A stretch of 64,000 nt of DNA, taken from assembly GCA_965217185.1 (NCBI GenBank), contig OZ244252.1, forward strand, positions 1,952,001 to 2,016,000, in the 5' to 3' direction. A program made the position numbers and the translations under genes. Source of the DNA: an uncultured Candidatus Entotheonella sp. Lineage in GTDB: Bacteria > Tectomicrobia > Entotheonellia > Entotheonellales > Entotheonellaceae. Shown piece by piece: positions 46,705 to 54,764 of this stretch (the first letter of the stretch is position 1; each line of letters starts with the position of its first letter). The notes under the pieces were generated by a model. The model ran no database searches and was not told the origin of the DNA. It saw nothing but the letters and a program-made list of their open reading frames with translations.

Positions 46705-47588
46705 GCGGTCCGATCCTCATCACCGGAGGCGCCGGCAGCGTTGGTCGCAGCCTGGTGGCTTGTTGCCGCGCTGATGGCTATCCGGTGCGTGTCTTCGACC
46801 TGCCGGTGTGCGACTTTACGGGCCTGGAAGGCGAAACGGGCATCGAGGTCGTCAAGGGCAACATTACGAAGCCGGAGCACGTCGAAGCCGCCGTTCAGGG
46901 CGTCAGCGGCGTACTGCACCTGGCGGCACTTCTGCCGCCGGCGAGCGAGGCCGACCGGTCGCGAACGTTTGCCGTCAACGTCGACGGCACCGCCACCGTC
47001 ATCAACGCCATGCAGGCCGCCGCCAGCGACGCCGTGCTGGTGTTCAGTTCGTCGGTGAGCACCTACGGCGACACCACTGCCGAGGCGCCGCCGCTGGGGA
47101 TGGAGCATCCCCAAACGGCGCTGGACCTTTATGCCGAAAGCAAGATCGCCAGCGAGCGCTTGGTGCGGGAGTCCTCGTTGCCCGTCGTGGTGCTGCGCAT
47201 TGCCGGCATCGCCGTGCCGGTGCTCCAGGAACCCCCGGAGGTGTGGCCGTTCACCGGCGAGCAGCGCCTGGAAATGGTGCAGCGCGACGACGTGGTGACC
47301 GCACTGTACAAGGCCCTGACCTCCCCGGCGGCGCGCGGCAAAACCCTGAACATCGCCGGCGGTCCGACGTGGCAGACGACCGGGCGCCAATACGTCGCCG
47401 ATCTGTACGACATCATCGGCGTGCCGGTTGAGATGGCGGCGTTCCGCAGCCAAGACGAGCCCGGCTGGGTAGACTGGTACGATACCGAGTTGTCGCAGCA
47501 ACTGCTTGGCTATCAAGACCATTCGTACTCGGCCTACCTCGACACCCTACGCTCGGAAGTCGCCCGGCTGTTAGAGGACGACTGTTAG
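46701..47588 (+). CDS. NAD-dependent epimerase/dehydratase (extended SDR)
   Basis: ITGGAGSVG, HLAA, SSS..YG, YAESK. Confidence 0.85.
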   Translation: MSGPILITGGAGSVGRSLVACCRADGYPVRVFDLPVCDFTGLEGETGIEVVKGNITKPEHVEAAVQGVSGVLHLAALLPPASEADRSRTFAVNVDGTATVINAMQAAASDAVLVFSSSVSTYGDTTAEAPPLGMEHPQTALDLYAESKIASERLVRESSLPVVVLRIAGIAVPVLQEPPEVWPFTGEQRLEMVQRDDVVTALYKALTSPAARGKTLNIAGGPTWQTTGRQYVADLYDIIGVPVEMAAFRSQDEPGWVDWYDTELSQQLLGYQDHSYSAYLDTLRSEVARLLEDDC

Positions 47589-47611
47589 AAAGCTTGAGAA
47601 GAGGCACGTTG

Positions 47612-49978
47612 ATGGCGATTTTATCACCCCCCTCCATCCCGCCCACTGCGGCTGACGCCGATACCATAGCCACCCTGGAAACCATCTCGCAGCGCGTCCT
47701 GTGGCTGTCGACGTACATGATCCACTACGCCAACAAGATTCGCCCCAACCCGGACGGCCTCAAGGTCGGCGGGCATCAGGCGAGCTGCGCATCGTCGGTC
47801 GACCTGATGACAGCGCTGTATTTCGGCGTCCTGCGCCCCGAGGACCACGTGGCGGTGAAGCCGCACGCCGCGCCGGTGCTGCATGCGATTCAATACCTGC
47901 TGGGCAACCTGCCGCGTCATATGCTGACCACCCTTCGCGACTTCGGCGGCCTGCAAGCCTACCCCAGCCGCACCAAGGATCCGGCCGGCGTGACTATTTC
48001 CACCGGCTCGGTCGGACTCGGCGCCGCGGCAACGATTTTCGGCGCCCTGACGCAGCGCTATGTGCGCGACCACTTCGGCAAAACCGACGGCCAGGGGCGC
48101 TACATCGCTCTGGTCGGCGACGCCGAGATCGACGAGGGCAACATCCCGGAAGCCATCGGCGAGGCCAGTGCCTACGGCCTGAACAACTTGTGGTGGATCA
48201 TCGACATCAACCGGCAGAGCCTCGACCACATCGCCCCCGAGGGCCAGGTAGTGCAGATCGCGCGGCTGTTCGAGGCCAAGGGCTGGGAGGTATTGTGGCT
48301 CAAGTACGGCAGCCATCAGCAGGCATTTTTCGAGCGTCCGGGTGGCGACGGGCTGCGACGGTGGATCGATTCGTGCAGCAACGCCGAGTACCAGACGCTG
48401 CTGAACGCCGACGGCTCGGAAATCCGCCGCGCCGTGGTCGAGTGGGGCGTGTCGGTCGGTGCCGACATGCGCAGCGTCCTGGCCGACGTGCCCGACGCGG
48501 CCCTCAAAGACCTGCTGATGAACCTCGGCGGGCACGACATCCCGCAGATTATCGAGACCTTCGCCGCCGCGGAGGCGACGGACCGCCCGGTGGTCATCAT
48601 GGCCTACACCATCAAGGGCTGGGGGCTACCGATTGCCGGGCACATCGACAACCACGCCGCCCAGTTGACGTCGGCGCACATCGCCGCCCTGCAGGAACAG
48701 TACGGCATCGCTGAGGGGCACGAGTGGGACGGCTACGAGGAGCCGGACCCCATTGCCGGCTGGATCAAACAGCGGCAGATATTCGGACGGAATGGCCGAG
48801 AACATGCTCCGGTGTCCCCGAGCCCGCCGCCGATTCCCGAAACGCTGAACATCCCCTTCCCCGAGAGCGCCGCCACGCAGGGAGCGTTCGGGCATATCCT
48901 GGTGGCGCTGAATGAATACGAGGACGTAGCGGCGCGGCTCGTCACCACCTCGCCCGACGTGGCGGTATCGACGAACCTGGCCAACTGGATCAACAAGCGC
49001 GGCATTTACGCGCCCGCCGAGAAGCCGAACTACTGGGCCAAGTACGACGTCACCAGCCTGCTGCGCTGGCAGGAAACCGCCTCCGGGCAGCACATCGAGC
49101 TCGGCATCGCGGAGAATAATTTCTACCTGGCCCTGACGATGCTAGGCCTGTCCTACGAATTCAACGGCGAGCTGTTGCTGCCCGTCGGCACTGTGTACGA
49201 CCCCTTCGTGGCGCGCGGCCTTGACGCTCTGACTTACGCGACCTACGTGGGGGCGAAGTTCCTCTTCGCGGGCACCCCCTCGGGGCTGAGCCTGAACCGC
49301 GAAGGCGGTGCGCACCAGTCGATCTACACACCGCTGGTGGGCATGGGCATGCCGGGACTGATTTACTACGAGCCGGCCTACGCCGCCGAGTTGGAGTGCA
49401 TGATGTGCTGGGGGCTGCGGCAATTGGCGGACCGCGACAACGGCCAGAGCCTTTACTTGCGGCTGTCGACCCGACCGATTACCCAGGCGGTTCGGCACTC
49501 GACCCCGGAATGGAGAAGGCAGGTCTTGGCCGGCGGCTACTGGCTGCGCGATTACCGCCAGGAGCGCGACTACACCGAACGCCCGCGCGTGCACCTGTTC
49601 GCGTCCGGCGTCATGTTGGAGGAGGCGTTGCAGGCCAGCAATCTGGCTTGCGAGGACGGTATTTACGTCAACGTCATCAACGTCACCAGCGCCGACCGCT
49701 TGTTCCGCGACCACTTCGAGGCCGCCGGTTCCGGGGCCGGTTCTTCCTACCTCGACGAGTTGCTCCCCACCGCCGACCGCCAAACCCCGGCGATTACCCT
49801 GCTCGACGGACATCCCCTGACGCTCGCCTGGCTCGGCACCGTCTTCAACGCCCCGCTCAAGCCCTTAGGCGTGGTGCAATTCGGCCAGACCGGCTCGGTG
49901 CAGGAGCTGTACCACCAGCACCGCATCGACACGGACGCTATTCTCACCGCGATTGTTCAGATTTTATTCGGCCAGTAA
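47612..49978 (+). CDS. TPP-dependent pyruvate dehydrogenase E1-like / transketolase-like enzyme (AceE-related)
   Basis: GGHQAS, KPHA.P, TGSVGLG, TPP motif GDAE.DEG...N, ELGIAE, EGGAHQS, FGQTG. Confidence 0.85.
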   Translation: MAILSPPSIPPTAADADTIATLETISQRVLWLSTYMIHYANKIRPNPDGLKVGGHQASCASSVDLMTALYFGVLRPEDHVAVKPHAAPVLHAIQYLLGNLPRHMLTTLRDFGGLQAYPSRTKDPAGVTISTGSVGLGAAATIFGALTQRYVRDHFGKTDGQGRYIALVGDAEIDEGNIPEAIGEASAYGLNNLWWIIDINRQSLDHIAPEGQVVQIARLFEAKGWEVLWLKYGSHQQAFFERPGGDGLRRWIDSCSNAEYQTLLNADGSEIRRAVVEWGVSVGADMRSVLADVPDAALKDLLMNLGGHDIPQIIETFAAAEATDRPVVIMAYTIKGWGLPIAGHIDNHAAQLTSAHIAALQEQYGIAEGHEWDGYEEPDPIAGWIKQRQIFGRNGREHAPVSPSPPPIPETLNIPFPESAATQGAFGHILVALNEYEDVAARLVTTSPDVAVSTNLANWINKRGIYAPAEKPNYWAKYDVTSLLRWQETASGQHIELGIAENNFYLALTMLGLSYEFNGELLLPVGTVYDPFVARGLDALTYATYVGAKFLFAGTPSGLSLNREGGAHQSIYTPLVGMGMPGLIYYEPAYAAELECMMCWGLRQLADRDNGQSLYLRLSTRPITQAVRHSTPEWRRQVLAGGYWLRDYRQERDYTERPRVHLFASGVMLEEALQASNLACEDGIYVNVINVTSADRLFRDHFEAAGSGAGSSYLDELLPTADRQTPAITLLDGHPLTLAWLGTVFNAPLKPLGVVQFGQTGSVQELYHQHRIDTDAILTAIVQILFGQ

Positions 49979-50674
49979 ACGACACAACTCTTGGGTCGCC
50001 CCACACGGATCGGGCGCTGCCAGGACGGCGCGAATCATGGCGACGCCATGCGCCCCGGTTTGCCGCACCTGCAGCAAGTTGGCGGGCGTGATGCCGCCGA
50101 TGCCCAGCACGGGTATCGGAACCTCGCGCACCACCGCGGCCAGTTGCGGCAGGCCCTGCGGCGGGCCGTAGGCCAGTTTGGAGGGGGTGGCGAAGACGGG
50201 GCCGAAGACCACGAAGTCGGCGCCGTCCTCCGCGGCTTGGCGCGCCGCGTCGAGGCTGTGGGTGGAAACGCCAAGGAGCTTGTCGGGTCCCAGCACACGG
50301 CGGGCGGTTCGGGTGGGCAGAGAGTGACCGGCAAGGTGAACGCCGTCAGCGTTCAGGGCCAGGGCGACGTCGAGGCGGTCGTTGATCAGCAGCGGCACCC
50401 GGTGGGGGCTCAGCACTTCTTGCAGGCGCGCGCCCAGGTCGTAAAGCTCGCGGGCGCTGAGATCTTTTTCGCGCAACTGCACGGCCAAGCTCGCTTCGCT
50501 TGCGGGCGCTCGCTCCGTTCGCTGTGTCCCGCCGCGCGCCGCGGCGGCGATCACCTCCGCCAAGGGGCGACCGGCGGTTTGCTGCCGGTCGGTCACCACG
50601 TAGAGGCGAAAGCCGCAATCATTCCCCCTGCCTCTGGGAGGGGTCAGGGGAGGGCGTGGTGTTTCAGGTGCCAA
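49964..50674 (-). CDS. thiE: Thiamine phosphate synthase
   Basis: LYVVTDR, VQLREK, INDR.D, GVHL, GVSTH, GPVF.TPSK, IGGI; start uncertain. Confidence 0.9.
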   Translation of the reverse strand: MAPETPRPPLTPPRGRGNDCGFRLYVVTDRQQTAGRPLAEVIAAAARGGTQRTERAPASEASLAVQLREKDLSARELYDLGARLQEVLSPHRVPLLINDRLDVALALNADGVHLAGHSLPTRTARRVLGPDKLLGVSTHSLDAARQAAEDGADFVVFGPVFATPSKLAYGPPQGLPQLAAVVREVPIPVLGIGGITPANLLQVRQTGAHGVAMIRAVLAAPDPCGATQELCRLLAE

Positions 50675-51443
50675 TGATGCCCTCCAGGGGGCTGCTGGCG
50701 GTGGCGTAGAGCTTGCGCTCGATGCGCCCGGCCTTGTAGGCCAGACGGCCGGAGTCCACCGCCATGCGCATGGCGTTCGCCATGGCCAGCGGGTCCTTGG
50801 CGCCGGCGATGCCGGTGTTCATCAGCACGCCGTCCACGCCGAGCTCCATGGCCACCGTGGCGTCAGAGGCCGTGCCGACGCCCGCGTCCACGATCACCGG
50901 CACCTGCACCGCCTCCAGGATCAGCCGGATGGTGTAGGGGTTGCAAATGCCCAAGCCGGAGCCGATCGGCGCACCGAGCGGCATGACGACGGCGGCGCCG
51001 GCGTCTTCGAGTTTCTTGGCCATTACCGGGTCGTCGTTGGTGTACGGCATGACGATGAAGCCTTCCTTGGCCAGCACGCGCGTCGCTTCCAGCAAATCCA
51101 CCACGTCCGGGAATAGGGTCTTCTGGTCGCCGATCACTTCCAGCTTGACGAAGTCCGACAGCCCCGCCTCACGCGCCAGCCGGGCGGTGAGAATGGCGGA
51201 CTCGGCGTCGTAGCACCCGGCGGTGTTGGGCAAAATGGTGAAGCGGTCGCGGTCGATATAATCCAGCAGCGTTTGTTTGCTGTCCGGCAGTTCCATACGC
51301 CGCAGCGCCACGGTCACCATATCCGCCCCGGAGGCCTCGTGGCACTGCTGCATCAGTTCCATGGTGGCATACTTGCCGGTGCCGACGATGAGCCGCGAAC
51401 CGAACGTTTTGCCGCCTATTTCCAGTAATTCGTCTTGTTGCAT
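50664..51443 (-). CDS. thiG: Thiazole synthase
   Basis: [37 protein letters not shown]. Confidence 0.97.
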   Translation of the reverse strand: MQQDELLEIGGKTFGSRLIVGTGKYATMELMQQCHEASGADMVTVALRRMELPDSKQTLLDYIDRDRFTILPNTAGCYDAESAILTARLAREAGLSDFVKLEVIGDQKTLFPDVVDLLEATRVLAKEGFIVMPYTNDDPVMAKKLEDAGAAVVMPLGAPIGSGLGICNPYTIRLILEAVQVPVIVDAGVGTASDATVAMELGVDGVLMNTGIAGAKDPLAMANAMRMAVDSGRLAYKAGRIERKLYATASSPLEGIIGT

Positions 51444-51455
51444 AACCCCTGTCTC

Positions 51456-51665
51456 CTATCCGCCGCCGACAGCCTGCACGATCTCGACGCGGTCGCCCGC
51501 CTGCAAGACGGTGTCCGCGTGGGCCCGGCGCGGCACGACCGTCATGTTCACGGCCACCGCGGTTCCTTGCCGCTCGGCCACGCCCAATGCTTCGAGCAGG
51601 CTGCGCACGGTACTTGCCTCTGGAATGGTGCGCTTATCGCCGTTTACGAGTATGTCGATCATCAT
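51456..51665 (-). CDS. thiS: Sulfur carrier protein ThiS
   Basis: VNG, AVAVN..VV, GDRVEIV, C-terminal GG. Confidence 0.95.
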   Translation of the reverse strand: MMIDILVNGDKRTIPEASTVRSLLEALGVAERQGTAVAVNMTVVPRRAHADTVLQAGDRVEIVQAVGGG

Positions 51666-51682
51666 GATTGGCCTGCACAAAC

Positions 51683-51714
51683 AAAAAAAGCCGCCACGCC
51701 AGGGCGTGCGGCTT
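51683..51714 (-). terminator. Intrinsic terminator (TPP riboswitch expression platform)
   Basis: Minus strand AAGCCGCACGCC-CT-GGCGTGGCGGC-TTTTTTT between the aptamer and thiS. Confidence 0.8.
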
Positions 51715-51776
51715 CAGCTTCCGTAAAGGACCCATTCTCTTGGCGCATCCGGCCTGCGGCCGTCGATGCGTGAATG

Positions 51777-51876
51777 GCGCTTCCCTACGCTGGCATTACC
51801 CAGGTCAGGTTCTGAGGGTTGTTACCAGGGACGTGAACCTCGTCCCAGTAACTCTCAGCGTCTCACACCCCTAGCG
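51777..51876 (-). ncRNA. TPP riboswitch
   Basis: Minus strand GGGGTG...GCTGAGA...ACCC...GAACCTGA.CTGGGTAATGCCAGCGTAGGGAA consensus upstream of thiSGE; extended P3 (GTTAC-TGGGACG/CGTCCCT-GGTAAC). Confidence 0.95.
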
Positions 51877-51886
51877 AATGGCCGTG

Positions 51887-51915
51887 ACCTTAACAGAGGC
51901 AATAGGGTATTGCAA
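51887..51915 (-). promoter_or_regulatory. Putative sigma70 promoter of the thi leader
   Basis: Minus strand TTGCAA-N17-TAAGGT with TG extension, just upstream of the aptamer. Confidence 0.55.
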
Positions 51916-51954
51916 GGCTGAGACTCGGCACATCTTATGGCGTGGAAGGTCCAC

Positions 51955-52473
51955 CTACAAGTGTCCGATGGCGGCATGGGTGCTCAGGGACAAACCATCG
52001 TCACGAGCCGGGCGGACTGCGGATAATGTCTCACGTCGCCGGTGGTAATCACCCTTCCACGGATTGAAGACGGGGACATCCGCCATGCGAAAGTCAGTCT
52101 CGTTTCGGGTGCAGACAACGAGGGAATGCACACGCGCGGTGGCCGCAATGAAGAGATCAGGCTGACTGAACGTAATCGAATGTTCCCGGCCCCGCGCCGC
52201 CATCCGGCGCCACTCCAGGATGACGGCCTCATCCACGGGCAGGATGCGCCCGGTAAACCACGGTCGCAGCTGATGGTCGAGCCAACTCGTAAGCTCGTTG
52301 CGAAACGCGGCGTCAGGCTGCCTTTCGATGCCATACCGAATCTCGGCGAGGGTGATGCTGCTGAGAAATAGGCTGTCTGCGGCTTGCGCGTCCGACCACG
52401 CTTTGACGTAATGATCGGGCCTCTTTTTTCGGAGTTCGGAAACCACGTTGGTGTCGAGCAGCCAGCCTTTCAC
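51955..52473 (-). CDS. VapC (PIN-domain) toxin
   Basis: LLDTNVVSE, AEI..G, DLFIAATA, TRN..DF, NPW; about 30 extra residues after NPWK. Confidence 0.9.
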   Translation of the reverse strand: MKGWLLDTNVVSELRKKRPDHYVKAWSDAQAADSLFLSSITLAEIRYGIERQPDAAFRNELTSWLDHQLRPWFTGRILPVDEAVILEWRRMAARGREHSITFSQPDLFIAATARVHSLVVCTRNETDFRMADVPVFNPWKGDYHRRRETLSAVRPARDDGLSLSTHAAIGHL

Positions 52474-52766
52474 AACTCGATCTCACGCACCGGGCTGCGA
52501 ACGCCCTCTTCCTCGAAGGCGATACGGTTCAATGGCGATTCGGACAAGAGTTCGTGTAAGCTGGCCGATCTTTCCCGCGTCCAGAGGGCTTCAAACGCGT
52601 CCGCCGCGACGATGACCACGGCGTCTTTGCCGTGAACCGTCACCCGTTGCGGCTGCCCGGACGCCGCAAGTCGAACGATCTCGCTGAACTTTGCCTTGGC
52701 CTCACCCAGCTTCCAGCCGGGGGCTGGCACCGGGCCGAACGGTGTGGCTTGTCGAGTTCTGTTCAT
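52470..52766 (-). CDS. Phd/YefM family antitoxin
   Basis: W.L.EAKAKFSEIV..A..G.PQ.VT..GK.AVV; AGGAGG RBS; 4-nt overlap with vapC; palindrome TGAC-N7-GTCA at 52781-52795 is a possible operator. Confidence 0.9.
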   Translation of the reverse strand: MNRTRQATPFGPVPAPGWKLGEAKAKFSEIVRLAASGQPQRVTVHGKDAVVIVAADAFEALWTRERSASLHELLSESPLNRIAFEEEGVRSPVREIEL

Positions 52767-52922
52767 GAAATTCCTCCTTATGACCAAGTTAGTCAAAACT
52801 ATAGAACATGGACGGAGACGTCAAGTCTCTCAGGCTGAGGACAGCGTTTCAGTTTGAACTTTGCTTGCGGTAAGATTTCGGGCGGTTCGGCTTTAGGTGT
52901 TTAATTTCGGCCCGTGAGGGCC

Positions 52923-53054
52923 ATGATGAGAGAAGTCGGCGCATGCAAGGCCATAACCCACTTGTCCGCGCTTCTCGACGAAGTGGCCAGCGGGGAGATC
53001 ATCATCACCAGACACGGGCGACCGGCGGCACGGTTAACGGCGCCTTACGAGTAA
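52923..53054 (+). pseudogene. Truncated/degenerate Phd-family antitoxin
   Basis: Manual translation MMREVGACKAITHLSALLDEVASGEIIITRHGRPAARLTAPYE*; Phd N-terminal pattern only, no toxin follows. Confidence 0.75.
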
Positions 53055-53065
53055 AGGTAACCGCC

Positions 53066-53362
53066 ATGAAAAGAGTAGCGCTTTTCCTGTTCCTGCTCGC
53101 GGCCCTGAATGGCTGTGACGTAGACGATCACTATCACGCGGACCAACCTCTGTGCTACGACCTGGTGCCCGGAAGACGACTATCCGGAGGCGAGTTGAGC
53201 GCTCTGGAACACGCTCTCGGACACCGCCTGCTCGTAGACTTCAATGACGATCTGTCCTTCGACAACCCCATCGGCCCCGGACGCTGCTACGGCGAGTGGC
53301 ACCATGGTGAATGGGAAATCGACTGCGAAAGGGACGTCGTCGTCAACTGCAGCGACCCTTGA
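53066..53362 (+). CDS. Small Cys/His/Asp-rich lipoprotein
   Basis: MKRVALFLFLLAALNG-C lipoprotein signal; four further Cys. Confidence 0.6.
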   Translation: MKRVALFLFLLAALNGCDVDDHYHADQPLCYDLVPGRRLSGGELSALEHALGHRLLVDFNDDLSFDNPIGPGRCYGEWHHGEWEIDCERDVVVNCSDP

Positions 53363-53451
53363 CCGGCTGAGCGTACTTTGTAGATGGAGACGTAAACCAG
53401 AAAGTGGAAGTGGGGGCGGCTGAAATTGGGATGTCACCGACTTATGGGTCA

Positions 53452-53604
53452 GACTCTCTGTCTGATTATCTGATTGCGGAGATTCAGCGTCATATCGAGT
53501 ATCCAACCCTGGATGGGCTACGCCAGCGGCTTCGGGCCCGAACCCCGGTTCGCCCAATCGTTTCGCCGGCCCAAATGATCCGGGAAGAACGGGACAGCCG
53601 GTGA
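53452..53604 (+). pseudogene. C-terminal remnant of a ribbon-helix-helix (FitA/VapB-like) antitoxin
   Basis: SLSDYL..EI....PTL..LR.RL..R......IREERDSR, GTGA-overlapping a vapC; N-terminal RHH part and RBS absent. Confidence 0.6.
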
Positions 53605-53927
53605 TTGTTGTGGACGCTTCGGCGGTCATTCAATTGCTCTTGGGAACGACCACCGCGTCCGATATTCAGATGCGGCTTCTGGAATCCGGCGAGTCTCTTC
53701 ACGCGCCGCATCTGCTTGATCTTGAGATCGCACAAGTCCTGCGTCGCTATATGTTGACCGGTGAACTGACGCCACGGCGAGGGAAGCAGGCACTTACCGA
53801 CTTGGCCGACTTTCCGATTATTCGTTACCCGCATGCCCTCTTCCTGTCACGCATTTGGGCGCTTCGTCACAACGTCACTACCTGTGATGCCGCCTACCTG
53901 GCTCTCGCAGAATCGCTTCCTGCCCCG
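53601..53927 (+). pseudogene. 3'-truncated VapC (PIN) toxin
   Basis: MIVVDASA, HAPHLLDLE, DAAYLALAESLPAP, then runs into the antisense of abrB; lacks the final T.D..L PIN motif. Confidence 0.8.
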
Positions 53928-54131
53928 AATCTCCTCAATGTAATCGTCGGTGTTTCCCCGCCCGCCGAGAATGGCGCAGACACGGTCCACAGGATGTTCT
54001 GCGGCCGGTCGTTTCCGAATGAGCAAGCCCTGCTCGGTGGGCATCATCTCGACCTCGACGTTTGGATTCATCCCGAAGCGGTCCCGCAGGGGTTTGGGGA
54101 TGGTGATTTGACCACGTTCGGAGATTCGCAT
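53847..54131 (-). CDS. AbrB/MazE/SpoVT family antitoxin (orphan; native end probably ~53919)
   Basis: MRISERGQITIPKPLRDRFG..P..EVE...GLLIRK; reads through into vapC antisense after EEIRGR. Confidence 0.8.
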   Translation of the reverse strand: MRISERGQITIPKPLRDRFGMNPNVEVEMMPTEQGLLIRKRPAAEHPVDRVCAILGGRGNTDDYIEEIRGRKRFCESQVGGITGSDVVTKRPNA

Positions 54132-54153
54132 GTTTACTCTGATTCTGTCTGTT

Positions 54154-54203
54154 GCCTGAATGTTCGGACTCCCTTGACATTCAGGCCTGAAAACGGCATA
54201 AAT
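54154..54203 (+). promoter_or_regulatory. Inverted repeat plus putative + strand promoter for the small RNA
   Basis: GCCTGAATGT-N13-ACATTCAGGC perfect 10-bp inverted repeat overlapping TTGACA (54174-54179); imperfect -10 (CATAAAT) 17-18 nt downstream. Confidence 0.5.
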
Positions 54204-54208
54204 AACTC

Positions 54209-54281
54209 AGTCTCACCTGCCAAGTGTAGGAGGAGCATTCGAAGCCGTCCGGGATTTTCCCGGGCGGCTTCAGCTATTTTT
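54209..54281 (+). ncRNA. Candidate DUF3800-associated small structured RNA, convergent with the DUF3800 operon
   Basis: Hairpin CUC-A-CCUGC[CAAGU]GUAGG-AG-GAG, then 14-bp hairpin GAAGCCGUCCGGGA[UUU]UCCCGGGCGGCUUC and AGCUAUUUUU; both non-Watson-Crick pairs are G-U only on the + strand. Confidence 0.6.
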
Positions 54282-54291
54282 GGTCATCCGC

Positions 54292-54764
54292 TCAAGCACG
54301 ATGAAACTCGTCGCGTTCTTGGCGAAGCAGCCTGACCCGGTGAGGTTGGTCGGTGCAATAGGCAGTCTTGAGCAGCCAGTAGTTCTGGGGACGCTCGGAG
54401 AGCACTACCAAATTTCTTCACGATACCAAAGCAATGTGTTGATCTCATTCTTCCGGTTATTCTGCCACTCGTCGATTGCGGAATGGGTCAGAGCATTTTC
54501 AATTACCCACCGCACCCAGCGGAGGCGCTCGCAGCGGCGCAAGTCAGGTGTACGCTCATCCTCCACCTTGCCTTCCTGAATCAGGTGCCAAAATAATGCC
54601 CAGCGCCCGGCCGTCTCAGGCTTATGGGGACAGCTTACTCTTCGGCCGCGAAATCGAAGGCCGGCCCGTGCAATCTCATCTATGAAAATACGGTGCAACT
54701 CGTTTTCGTAGCCTCTCCAGTCACCGCCGAAGTCATCAAATAACAAAAGGTCTGGCGGCGTCAT
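54292..54764 (-). pseudogene. Frameshifted small putative nuclease/toxin, partner of DUF3800
   Basis: ATGA-coupled to DUF3800; FWHLI...DLRRCERLRW; stops at 54405, but the -1 frame near 54413 continues LVVLSERPQNYWLLKTAYCTDQPHRVRLLRQERDEFHRA*. Confidence 0.7.

Noticed and set aside
52943..53065. Longer start for the 139-aa ORF at 52943
   Set aside because: This stretch is the Phd fragment read in another frame; the lipoprotein signal begins at ATG 53066
54241..54281. Hairpin as merely the terminator of the hsdS-DUF3800 operon
   Set aside because: On the minus strand it has an A-C mismatch and no U-tract; the U-tract and G-U pair are on the + strand
53601..54335. 244-aa full-length VapC fusion protein
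   Set aside because: The part after 53927 is antisense abrB plus the promoter/sRNA region; treated as a truncation product
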